Shown here: positions 1 to 12,000 of the stretch, in pieces
How the letters are laid out: each line of letters starts with the position of its first letter
How positions within the stretch are numbered: position 1 is the stretch's first letter
Source: an uncultured bacterium
Lineage (GTDB): Bacteria; Omnitrophota; Omnitrophia; Omnitrophales; Aquincolibacteriaceae
DNA: 64,000 bases
Direction of reading: 5' to 3'
Assembly (NCBI GenBank): GCA_964434115.1
Contig: CAYSSX010000007.1
Location: 82,734 to 146,733 of the forward strand
The notes under the pieces: generated by a model
Databases searched by the model: none
What the model was told of the DNA's origin: nothing
Seen by the model: the letters and a program-made list of their open reading frames with translations, nothing else
Made by a program: the position numbers and the translations under genes

Positions 1-1
1 A

Positions 2-3000
2 ACGACAACGGTCACGGGAACTCTCGGCGACACGGTTACGCTTCGCCGCAAAGACTACGTGATTGAAGATCAGGGCGGCGGCAAGATCGGTCTTGTTCGG
101 TCCTTCGCGTCCCGCTCTACGGATCAGATCATGCTCAACGGTGTCCGCTACGCGGTGTTCACCGAGTCGGACGGCCGCATCCGCCTTTCGGATGGCGTGA
201 ATGACCCGAGCTATTCCAACCCGGAACAAACCGAAATCAAGGTGGCTGGCGTCACGTATCAGATTTTCCGTGATGAAGCGGGCAAGCCTCTTTTCTTCGA
301 GAAAGACGTTTACCTGGCGCATCAGCTCGTGACTTTGGACGGCCAGGAATACTGGGTGAAGAAGCAGCCGGACGGATCGGTTCAGCTCTCCACCGAGATT
401 TTGACTCATGGCAGCTGGCGTCCGGCGGAATCTGAAAAGACCTCCAGCATTTTCCAGTACAAAACCAAGACCTACGAAATCCGTGAAAACGGTGACGGCA
501 CGATCACCGTGAAGGGTGAAAACCTTGAAATCCGCAGCAACCCGGTCAACAAGAAACTCGTTTTTGACGGCCACCTCTGGGACACAGTCAAGGATGCTCA
601 GGGCCATTGGGTTCTGAGAAACGACAGCGCCAGCATCAAGGCGGACGGCAAGCTGATGGAATTTGCCGGAGACATTTACCTGGTCCGTGAGGACGGCAAC
701 GGGTTCTTTACTTTCACCGACCTGACCACGACCACCAGCAACAAATGGGTGCTTACGGATTATGCCGTGACCGATCTTGCGGATACGGTGGAATCCGGTG
801 ACAACGGTGATTTTGGCGATGGCGAGTACATGGGCGGCATGGGCGGAAGTTCCACCTGGGCCAGAGAGTCTGGAAGCTATGTGTCCTTGGACGGCGTTAC
901 CTACCTCTGGAAATACTCCAAGGGCACGCAGGGTTATTCCTGGGGCACGGACGCTGAGAAGTGGACCTTCAAGATTTGGAAACAGGGGGATACGGAACCC
1001 TCTGATCCGGGCCAGGGCTACGGCGGTTACGGCAACCAGCCGCCCGCGGATCCTCGTGTGTTCCAGGGAACCGGGGATGTGAAATTCAACTACGCCTGGG
1101 ATGAAAAGGTTCAGTACGAAGTGATCTACGATGCGGCCAATCACGCGCTCACGCTGGATCCCAAACAATTCCTGTTCTATGCCGGCAAAGATGCCATTAA
1201 GCTCGGCGATCATGTTTACGCGCTCTCCGGAGACACGCTGGCGAACCTTCGTCTGTATGTCCGCGATTTTGTGAACCAGGATTCTGTTGAACGGAAGCTT
1301 ACGGTCGGTACCTTGACCATGCCTTACACGGTCACGCTCGACAGCGCCACGGGAAATTATGTTCTCAATGTAATCGATTCGGAACGGTCCATGACCTACT
1401 CCAGCCGCAAAACCGGCAATCAGGTCTGGATCGCGATTCGCGGTGAACGCTATAACGTTACAGGCCTTCTGAGGCCCGATATCCCCAACTTCCAGCTCGT
1501 CCTCCAATCCGGCGCAGCGGCTGATTCCATGGATGTCAGCGGCGAAGTCATGACGATTGAAAACAACTTCTACCGCTACGGCCTGAAATCCGGAAGCTCC
1601 GACACGTACGAAGTCACGGACGGTAAAACCAAGCGCGAAGTCAAGGCCGGGGAAACACTTGAATTCAACCAGCGCATTTATCTGGCGTCCGACGATCCGG
1701 ATATGAAGATCATCTTCACCAGCAGCGAGACGATAACCGACACCCTTCGCGTTAAAATCGTCTCGACCCAAAGTGATGATGGTGAAGGCGGACACATGGG
1801 GATGGGCGGCTACGGCGGCTACACCACCAGCGTGGTTTATACCATCCTTGAGCAGGAAGACGGCAGTCTCAAACTGACGGACGGTACCAACAGCTACACC
1901 AGCGATGTCCAGAAGACATCAATCACGATCGGCAGCAAAAAATTCTTTATTGATGTGCTGCCGGAAGGAGGCTATCAGTTTGTCGAATCCGATGAAAACG
2001 TGCCGTTTGTCAAAGAAACGCTGACTTACAAGAGTGACGCGCGCACCAAGAAGATCTCCGTCAAGGGCGTGCACTATGATGTCATCGTTGATGCGAACGG
2101 CGATGTGCGTTTCATTGAAGAGCATGAAGCTTCGGACTCTCTCGGAACCCCAGCTGTGAATATCGCAGGCCGCAAACTGGCTTATTCCTTTAATGGCAGC
2201 CAGGTGATCTTTACGGACGGCAAAGTGACCTTTAAGAGTGATCTTACGGGCAAAGAGATCCGGATCGATAACCGCCTTTACAACATCACGCGCCAAGGCG
2301 ACACCGTGACGCTGGCCGAACCCAATCAGCCGTATCTTCAGACCATTGACCTGGACGGCGTGTCCTGGCTTGTCCGCGAAACGCCGGATGGGCGCGTGGC
2401 GTTTGAGAACCCCGGGAGCGGCGAATCCTATGTCAGCAATGTCAATAATGAACTTGTGAAGATCCGGGATGCGGGTTATGAAATCCAAAAAGTGGACGGC
2501 AAGTATCAGCTTAAGAAAGTAGCGCGTTCAAGCCTTACGATCGCTTATGAAGCCATCCGCCTCCGCAACCAAACTTATCTTGTGGACCAGCAGAACGGGG
2601 TCTTTGCGTTTACCCGGCTTTCTGACAAGAAGGTCTTCACCAGCGATCCGGTCTCTGGAAAGGTGCAGATCGACGGGATGCTTTACAACATTGAAACCCT
2701 TGAAAACCAGGTCCGCCTGCATTTGGCCACGACGGAAATCGGCCGTGAGATCGACAATGAAGTGCTTTATGTGAACGGAACACTCTATGAAGTGATTCCA
2801 AACGAGGACGGCAGCGTCGAATTAACCGATGGCGTCCATTCATACACAAGCGATGCCAAGAGCGGCAGCATCTGGCTCGGTGACATCCAGGCAGAAGTGA
2901 AAAAGGATCCCATCAGCGGCCGCTGGACCTTGACGGTTCCGACTGCGGCCAGCATCAAGCGTGGTGATCAGGTGGTGGCTGTGGAAGGCGTCCAGTATTG

Positions 3001-6000
3001 GGTCCTTCGTCTTGAAGGCGGGGCCTATGAGGTCACAGACGGGGAAACGGGCAAGAAATACACTAGTGAAATGGAATCGATCGACGGTGCCGTGGTGCCT
3101 GTGGTCAATCTTCCGATTGGCAAATACCGCATTCTGGATGACGAAGACACCAAGGAAATCAAACTTATCGAGGCAACGACCAAGTTCTATTCCGACAAAG
3201 ATTTCAAAATTATGCTGGATGGCAAGGAATACACGGTTGGCCGCAACGAAAGCGATTTGAGTTTCTACCTGGATGACGGCAAGCACCAGTACTATGCGGA
3301 TTCCAATGGCAAGGTCCGCGTCGGCGATAAGGTCTATGATATTACGGAAATGGAAAAACGCCGCTTGAATCATCCGGAAGTGGTGAAGCGCGCGGACATG
3401 AACGGCGATGGCACTTTTGATTCCGCGGATTCCGATGAACTGACCCGCCTGTCCAGCCATTACAAGGATGTCAATCAAGACGGCATTGTGGACATGGAAG
3501 ACGTCAACTCGCTCAACAAGATCATCAATTATGTCAAGGACGGCCAGATCCAGGACACGAACGGCGACGGTCAGTACACGACATCCGACTTCCTGAAGTT
3601 CGATGTCAACAAAGACAAGCAGATCAACTTCCGTGACGCCAACGCGCTCAACCAGGTTGTGCAGAACCGCTACGACATCAACCGCGACCGCAAGACGGAT
3701 GAAGGCGATCTGGCCTTCTTTGATGAAGTGGTGGGCAAGATCCGCGACGCGCAGTCCCAGGGCGTAGACGTACAGCCGGATGCGCTGGCCCGCATGGACG
3801 TCAATAATGACGGCCAGGTCAGCCGCAAGGATCTGGAAGAAATGGGCAAGCTCTTTGGCGAGGACGGGAAGCTGAAGAACCTCGACGTCAACGGCAATGG
3901 CAAGACCGGGGACGACGAAAAGCGTATGCAGCAGATTTTGGAAGCCCAGGCCCTCGGCGTGACCAAGTCGGAAATTGATCACGCGGATGTCAACCGTGAC
4001 GGCGTGGTCAACAACCAGGACCAGTCGGTGTTAAGCGAGTCGATCCGCAAATACAGCTCGCTCAAGGGGCAGGCGGATTACGACGGTAACGGCAACCTTG
4101 ATTTCATGGATCTTCTCGAACTGCAGAAGACCGCCAATGATGTGAAACGCAACCAGATGATGAATCCCAAGCTTCTGGACCAGGCTGATGTGAACGATGA
4201 CGGCCGCGTGGACGACCGCGATGTCCGGTTCCTTGATCAAACGATCCGCAGCTACAAGGATGTCAATGAAGACGGCGTGGTGGATGCCGAGGACGTGGCC
4301 CTCATCTCAAAAGTCCTCGACTATCTCAACAAAGAAATTGTCAGCTCAAAGGAAATCCGGCTGGACAACGCAGACGGCCTGGTGAGCAGTATCATCGGCC
4401 AGGAAGCAATTGCCCTGGACGGCGTCCGTTATGTGGTTTCCCTGCATCCTTCCGGCGCGTACCTGTTTACGTCATCCGAAGGGGTTTATCAGGCGTACAA
4501 GGACATCCAGATCGTCAATATCAAGGACAAGATTTATGACATTTATGTGGATGACAAGGGCAATGTCCGCCTTCAGGAACAGGGCAACCGAAACCATGAA
4601 AGCGCGCATCTTTCCGACTTTGTCATCACCGTCGGCGGCAAAGAGTACGATGTTCTTTTTCAGCCCTATGAACGCTACCTTTTCCGCGACCGGGACGGCA
4701 AAGAAATCGTGAGCGGGTTTGACGATGTCGTCACTCTCGACGGACATGAATTCATTTTGGAACGCGATGTCAAGACCAAGCGCGTGAAGCTGGTTGAAAC
4801 CGCCTATCGAAGCCGCCGGATCGCGGATGAAGTGATCAAGGTGGAGGGGATCGAATATTACGTTGTTAACAATTTCGACGGCACCTACACCTTCAAGAAG
4901 GACGGCTTTGAAAAGCGCTCTGATCTGGACAGCAAGCGTGTTTCTCTCGAAGGCACAGTGTATGAAATCCATGAAGATCCTTTCTCAGGTCAAATGACGC
5001 TTATTGAAGCTCATTCCATCAGCCAGGTGGTTGCGGATCAAGTCATCCGCATTGTGGGCACCGGGTATAACCGCAGCCTTTCGGATTCCTTTTCCGAATA
5101 CGGCCCGGGCGGCAACTACGGCGGCTACGAGGGCGCCTTCTTGGGCGGCAATTACGGAGGAACGCCGCAGGACCAGCAAAATGACAGCCCGATCGTGATG
5201 GATAACACCTACCATGTTCTGGAAAATCTGGACGGCACTTACACCTTTATAGACCTCAAGACCCAGAAAGAAATCAAGGGTTCCAAAATTGAAAAAGGTT
5301 ATGGCGGCCAGGAAACGGGTTTTGCCGGGACATTTTCCAAAGCGATCGGCAAGGTGACTTTGAACGGCGCCGACTTCTTTATTTATCCGGACTACGAGCA
5401 GGGCGGCATTTATCTTGAACAGGCCACGGACAAATCCAGCTCTGACCTGACGGTCGGGGCCACGGCCGGCAAGATCTCCTTCCTCAAAGGCGGCAAATCA
5501 GTGACCTATGACTGGACGTATGATTCCTCAACGGGTGAGATCTCGATCAACGGCCAGTGGGTCGACCCGAAAAACAATACGGTCCTGGTTGACGGCATGA
5601 ACCTTCTCATCAGTTTTGACCCGGAACAGGGCCGTCTGATTATGAATCGGGATTACCTGAGAAGCGCCCGCGTGGCCGACCAGCGGATCCGCCTTGACGG
5701 GATCCGTTATGACGTCGAAGAGAACGCAGACCAGAGCTACACCTTCTTTGACGGCCACGAAAACTATACGAGCAATGCGGTTTCCAAACAGGTGAAAATC
5801 CGCGGCAGCATTTACGACATCATTGCGAACACGTACACCGGAACCGTGACTCTCGTAGAGCAGTTCTCCAAGCGCAGCGAGCATGTTTTTGACCAGGTCA
5901 TCCAGCTCGGAGAGCAGACGTTTAAAGTACTCCGTAACCGTGATGAACGGGTCTATGACTTTGTGGATGAACAGGGGCAGGTGCTTAAGAGCAATGCGAT

Positions 6001-9000
6001 CATGGAATGGCGTGACCGTGAAGAGAACTTTGACAATGACTCGGCGCCGAAAGGCTGGACGCCGGAGGCTGGTAAATGGGCGGTCCGCGGGGAGATGCTC
6101 GAGGCGGAACGCCAGGGTGTGCGTTCTTACGGCAACACCGGCATCTACACGGACGCCGACTTTGAGCTGTCGGTGGATATGGCCATGGAACAGCTGACAG
6201 AAGTCCGTGACAGCGATCTGAACAAAACCTGGGAATCGTCGGTGCTTTTCAACGCCACGGACCGCTTCAACCACTATGCTTTCCGCATTCTCCGTAACGG
6301 CGATAATACCACCATCGGTCTATTCAAGATGGTGGACGGCCGTGAGTACCGCCTCGCGGAAACAAAGCCGTTCCCGTTTGAGTTCGTGGCCGATGATTTC
6401 TACCGCCTTAAGATCACCTCCAAGGACTCCGAGATCACGGTATCTCTTAACGACAATGTTGTCTTTGAAGTCACGGATCATCTCTACAGCGAAGGGTATG
6501 TCGCGTTTTCAAACCTTCGCGCCGACGCCCAATTTGACAATTTGAAAGTTCGTTACGAAGTGGCGACCGGAGAAATCGCCGCAGTGGATATCAACGGCCG
6601 GAAATTCCTCATTAACGAAATCAGCCTGACCCAGGGCGATCAGTTTGACCTGAATGCCGACGGGCGCTTTGACCGAAAAGATGCCGATGCGCTTCAGAAG
6701 GCCATGTCGGACAATGGAATGCTTCCTAATCAGCAGCAGTTCTGCTCCCCTGGCATGGAAGGTTGTGAGGGCTATGAATCAGGCGGTTATCCCGGCATGG
6801 GTGGTTCCATGGGTGCCGGCGGTTATAACTTCGGAGGCAGCGGTGGTGAAGGCTTTAATTACGGCGGTATCGGCGGCGTGAACTCTCCGGGCAACCAGCC
6901 GAAATCCAAGATTGACGTCAACGGAGACGGGGTCGGCGATGCCAAGGATCTTGAATTGATGCAGAAAATTCTCGATGCTGACCGGCGCGGCGAGATTGTT
7001 CAGCAGAAGGAGTATCAGAAGGCGGATGTCAACGGCGACAATGTTGTCAATGATCTTGACTGGAAAGCGATCGAAGAATCCATGAGCAAGGTTGCCAACG
7101 GCGACGTGAACAACGACGGCAATGTCGACTTTAAGGATACTGACGCGATCCGCGGAGTGGTGCGTAAGAACCAGATCGGTGTTACGACCAATGAAACACG
7201 CGCCGCCGACCTTGACCATAACGGTCTCATTGACGGAAACGATGTCGTTGCATTGAAAAACACCCAAAACATTCTGTATCAGATGGACCTGAACTTTGAC
7301 GGAAAGGTGGAATTGAGCAAGGAACTGCAGGCTTTTGATAAGGCCCAAGAGTTCTATGATCTTGGCTCCAAGCTGGATCCTCTTCAGATGATGAAGGCTG
7401 ATATCAACCAGGACGGCATGGTTGATCAGGCCGACCGGGCGATTTATCAGGACTTGACCCGTCAATGGGACGACAACGGTACGACCCGCAACCTCTATGA
7501 TCTCAACAACGACGGAAAGGTCGACTCACAGGATCTTTCCCGCCTTGATATGATCAAGTTTGGACAGGATTTGAAATTGACCGACGATGAAAAACTCGTC
7601 GGGGACGTGAACCGGGACGGCAGCATCAATGGCCGTGACCGCGACCTCTATGACAGCATCTATCAAAACAACCTGGTCCTTGACCTCAATGGCGATAATG
7701 CGGTTAACGGTCTTGACCGCGATGTCCTCAACGCCCGTATGACGGCCATGCAGAACCAGGGAATCCCGAACCCCGGTGAACTGGAGCGCGCGGATATCAA
7801 CCGTTCGACAAGCAGCTCCGACCCGCGCGACCGCATTACATCGGCCGATGCCACGATGCTTTCATCCCTTTACAACAACGTTTTCCGCAACGGTGCCGGC
7901 GATTTACGCGACCTTGACGGAAATGGAACGCTGGATTTGAAAGACCTTGTCCGCCAGCGTGAGATTCAGGAATTTGAAACGTACGGACTTGATGACGCTA
8001 AAGTCAACCAGACGCTTTGGGACGTCAATAAGGACGGAAAGATTGATGATCAGGACCTTATCGACCTGCGCGCCTCAATGCAGAATTACGTACAACATGA
8101 TATTAACGCGGACGGCAAGGTGGATCAGTCGGATATTTCCCTCATGGATCGTATGATCGACCATCAGCGTCTGGATTACACCGTTAAGCCGGAAAACCTG
8201 GAAACGGCGGATATCAATAAAAATGGTTCTTTTGATCTTGACGATGTGCAAGCGTTTGAAAACAACCTGCCTTCCTATCAGGATGTCAACGGCGACGGCA
8301 AGGTTAATAAATTTGATGCCCTTGACGCCACGAATGCGATGAATATTCAGAACTCAGGGTATATCGCGCGGATGGAAAATGGATCCGCGGTCTATGAAAA
8401 GGTCACCGCGGATGTTCTGCACCGCGCGGACTTCAACCAGGATGGTTCGTTTGAATCTCTTGATGTGGCCCTGCATTCCAACGCCATCAAGAACAATTCG
8501 GACGTGACCGGCGACAATGTTGTCGATGCTAACGATTGGCTGCGCCTGAAGCAGTATTCCAGCTGGGGCGTGGGTGCCGCGCAGGTCCGGCGCGCGGACG
8601 TCAACGGCGACGGCGTGATCACGGACAAAGACAGAACAGACCTTCTTTCCGGAATCAGCGGGCATGACCGCGCGGATGTGAACGGGGACGGAAAAGTGGA
8701 CGCCAGCGACCTGCAGAGCCTGCGTACGATGGTCGAAGCCGTAAAACTCAAAGTCACGGCCCAGGATATTTTTGCGGCCGACATTCAGAAAGACTTCATT
8801 ATCGACACGCTGGACCTCAACAAACTTCTGAAAGCCATCAATGAACTGCCGCTTTACGACATTGACCAGAACAACCTCGTTAACCATCTCGATCTGGATA
8901 CACTTTTCCGGGTTTGGGGAACAAGCCCGATTGATCTTCTGACCCAGCAGCTGGGACTGATCCAGGGCCTGCCGGCTCAAAGTGAAGCGAGCGTGGATTA

Positions 9001-12000
9001 TGACGAGGTCCGCGCCATGTATTATTCGGCGCTGGATGTTCAGGATAAAGCTGAAGACTACAAGGAGCTGGCCGAAAAAATCGCGGCCCTTGTATTGAGC
9101 CCGAGCGAAGCTCTTCAACTGACCGATTCGGCGGCGCTTTTGATGGGGCAGATCAATTCGGTCATCCTGGCCCTCTTCCACCGCATGAATGAGCTGGATG
9201 CCTTGAGAGGCCAGCCGCTCAGCCTTGAGGCGCAGATTATTGCCGCCTTGAAGCTTTTGGATGAAACCGTCAGCCGTGCTGCGGAAGCCGTGAATGCCGA
9301 GGATCTGGCCAATCTCGCCAAAGTCGGAGACGGTCTCCATGCCAGGATCGCAGGCCTTGCCGCAGGACATCCTGAATGGCAGGTGAAGTATGTTGACCGC
9401 GCGCTTGAAAGCAAAACAGCTCTTGAAAACCTTCGTGACACCGCTTCGTACGCCGAAGGCAAAGCTAAAACCGCCACAGCTCAGGCTGAAAAGAACGATA
9501 CCTTTGCGAATTGGCTAAAAACCCAAGCGGAAATTTCTTCGGATTCACCGGAACTCCTCAAGGTTCTTGCCGCCCTGGCGGAAACGCTTCACGATTCGGT
9601 TCTTGCGGATCTCCGTACCGTGGCTGTTGAAGCTGCCGGCCGCCCAGAGAACCAGGTTCTTCAGGATTCTCTTAAGCGTCTTGAAGATTCCGGCAAGCTC
9701 ACTCAGGAAGTTTTGGCAGCGATTCAGAGTTCGGCACGGCAATCCCAGAACATGAGGGATAATGGTGCCGCCTCCGTGAGCCAGGGAGAATTGGCTCTTG
9801 CCGGAATCCGCCATCTCGCCGGCGAGGGGATGGCCATGGGGCTTCTGGCTTCGCTGGATATTTTCCTGAGCCGTCTCAGTGTTGTGTACCACGAGCGGCC
9901 AATCAACCGTGACGAACTGCTGAAGGCCTTCCGGGCTTTCCGCGGCGGGGACTCGATCGCTGATATTGCGAAGTCTGTTCTTGAACTCCCGGATGAACTG
10001 GACCTTGACCTGGCGCAAAAAATGGCCGCGATTGCCAACGATACATCTCTTGGCAAAATTGATTGGGTACGGCGCTATCAGGCATGGATGGAAGGCCTTG
10101 GCTCAACGGCGTCGGATTTCTATGAAAATGCTTTTGACAAGTATGACTCTTCAATTGATCTTACGGCTTACTTTGACGCCGTGTCGGCGTCCGCTGTGGC
10201 GCGCCTTGAAGAGCTGCAGAAGCTCCGGGATGGCCTTGACCTTTTAATTTTCCGCAATCCGGACAACCTCGAGCTGGCCGCCCAGCAGGCCTCTCTTCAG
10301 GACCAAATCCGCAAGAGCGCGGATGCTGTTACCGCGATTGTGGAAATGCAGAAAACGCTGAAACCCGAATTAACTTATATGAGTGCCGTTAAGGCCGACC
10401 GGGAAATGGCGTCCCAGCTTGTCAGAAAAACCGATGGTATGTTGCTCGCTTTTGATGGGATCCGTACGAAAATCACAGGCTATGAAAGTATTGAAGACAT
10501 CCGTCTTGAAATGGAATGGGCGGAATCGCTTGCCGCGGCCCACGAAAAGGAGCTGAAAAACCTTGAAGCCTTGAAGCAGAAGTATCCTTTTGATGCCTCG
10601 ATCAAGGCCTTGTCGGATGAGGCCTCCGCGAAACGTGCCCAGCGCGTCAGCTTGCTGGCGGACCTTGAAAAGATGGCTGGCGATGCGGAAACCTTCCACG
10701 AAACCCTGGCTTTCTTCAAGGGGGTTCCGGAGTATACCCAAGCGCTCAAGGCCTTTGCAGAAGGTATCACGGATACGAAAGCCCGGGCGGATGTCGTAGA
10801 CGTCATACAGGGATGGGCGGCTCTCCTCAGCCGGAAAGCGCAGGAAGCGCAAGCGCTGATTAACCTGCATCCGCAAATGAAATTTTTGGCTTCCCAGACC
10901 GGCGTGCCAGCTTCCCGGATGAGCGAAGTGTTGAGCGCTTTCGATCAGGTCCGCTCTGAACTTGCGGTTGACCAGATGAAGGCCAGCGCCGGTGAAAGCC
11001 TTGTCGACGACCTGCGCAATGATCTGCAAAGCAGCGCCCAGATTTCGAAGATGTCCGAAGGGACAACCGATCCGGCTCTCCTTCGTTTCTATCACCGTCT
11101 GTTGACGGCTTCCAAGGTGGAAGCGGATTCACTCCGCACCAAGCTGGCTGCCTTCGCGGGCCAGCCTGACGTTGACCAGGCCAAGCTGAACGTTAACCTG
11201 GCGATCATCGATGATCTTAAAGCCCGCTTTGCGGCACTTGTGCAGGCCCTGGAAACCCGGGCCTCAGCCCTGTCCGTCAATCTTGGGGCAGAAGACGACG
11301 CTGCGGCGCTCGCGGGTGTTTACCGCTCCGCGCTCGCGCAGGCCGCTCTTGTGAACAGCGATGCGAACTCCGAAATTCCGGCTGTGGAAGGGGTCCTCGC
11401 GTTGATTGATCAAATTGAAGCTGTTAACACGGATGCGGGTCTTATCAATGATCTTGACCAGGCGCGCCGGCAGACGATCCGCGTGCTCGGGGAAAAGACC
11501 GAAGGCGCCTGGATTGTGGATCATTCTCTTTCGCTTGTGACGGCAGGACGCATGGCCAACAGCCTGCTAGGCTCCATTGAGGACGCTTCGGTCCTGAGCG
11601 CCCTTGAAAGTTACGCTTCCACTTTCTCTGGCAAAATGTCTGCGAATGAGGCGATCCTCAGCGATCTATCGAAGGCTCATCCGGAAGCTGTTTATTATCC
11701 GGCGCACCTTGAATCGCTGCGCAGCATGATGAATGAACTCAACAGCAGCGTTGAAATGGTCCGCCAGAAGCGCCTTTATTTGGAATCTCACGCCGAAGTT
11801 AACGTGGAAGAAAACCTGCGTAAGGCCTCTCATGATGCCGCCAGCGCTTTGGATGCGCTCACGGGCCTCCAGCAGCCGGCGCCTGAAGTTGTCTATGCGT
11901 GGAAAGAATATGCCGCCGTTCTCTCTGCTTGGTTTGAGGCTGAGAAGAAAAAGATCATCACAGGCACGGATGAAACCAAGGAACAGTATCAGCCCGTGCT

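Larger units (their letters stand above)
2..3380 (+). repeat. N-terminal beta-rich region (block 1) built from recurring ~25-35-aa beta-hairpin units with a G-x-x-Y core.
   Basis: Recurrent motif [VIL]-x-[VIL]-x-G-x-x-Y-x-[VIL] followed by D/N-G turns. Examples: 'VAGVTYQIFRDEAGKPLFF', 'LDGQEYWVKKQPDGSVQL', 'VKGVHYDVIVDANGDVRFI', 'LDGVSWLVRETPDGRVAF', 'VEGVQYWVLRLEGGAYEV', 'LDGKEYTVGRNESDLSFY'. Few charged helices, alternating hydrophobic/polar pattern. Confidence 0.5.

Noticed and set aside
3385-8900. RTX-type beta-roll Ca2+ repeats (GGxGxDxUx nonapeptides), as in T1SS-secreted giant adhesins
   Set aside because: The Ca-binding loops here are 12-residue D-x-N-x-D-G-x-V-D-x-x-D loops with trailing helices (dockerin/F-hand type). 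They are not glycine-rich nonapeptide tandems. No GGxGxD runs were seen.
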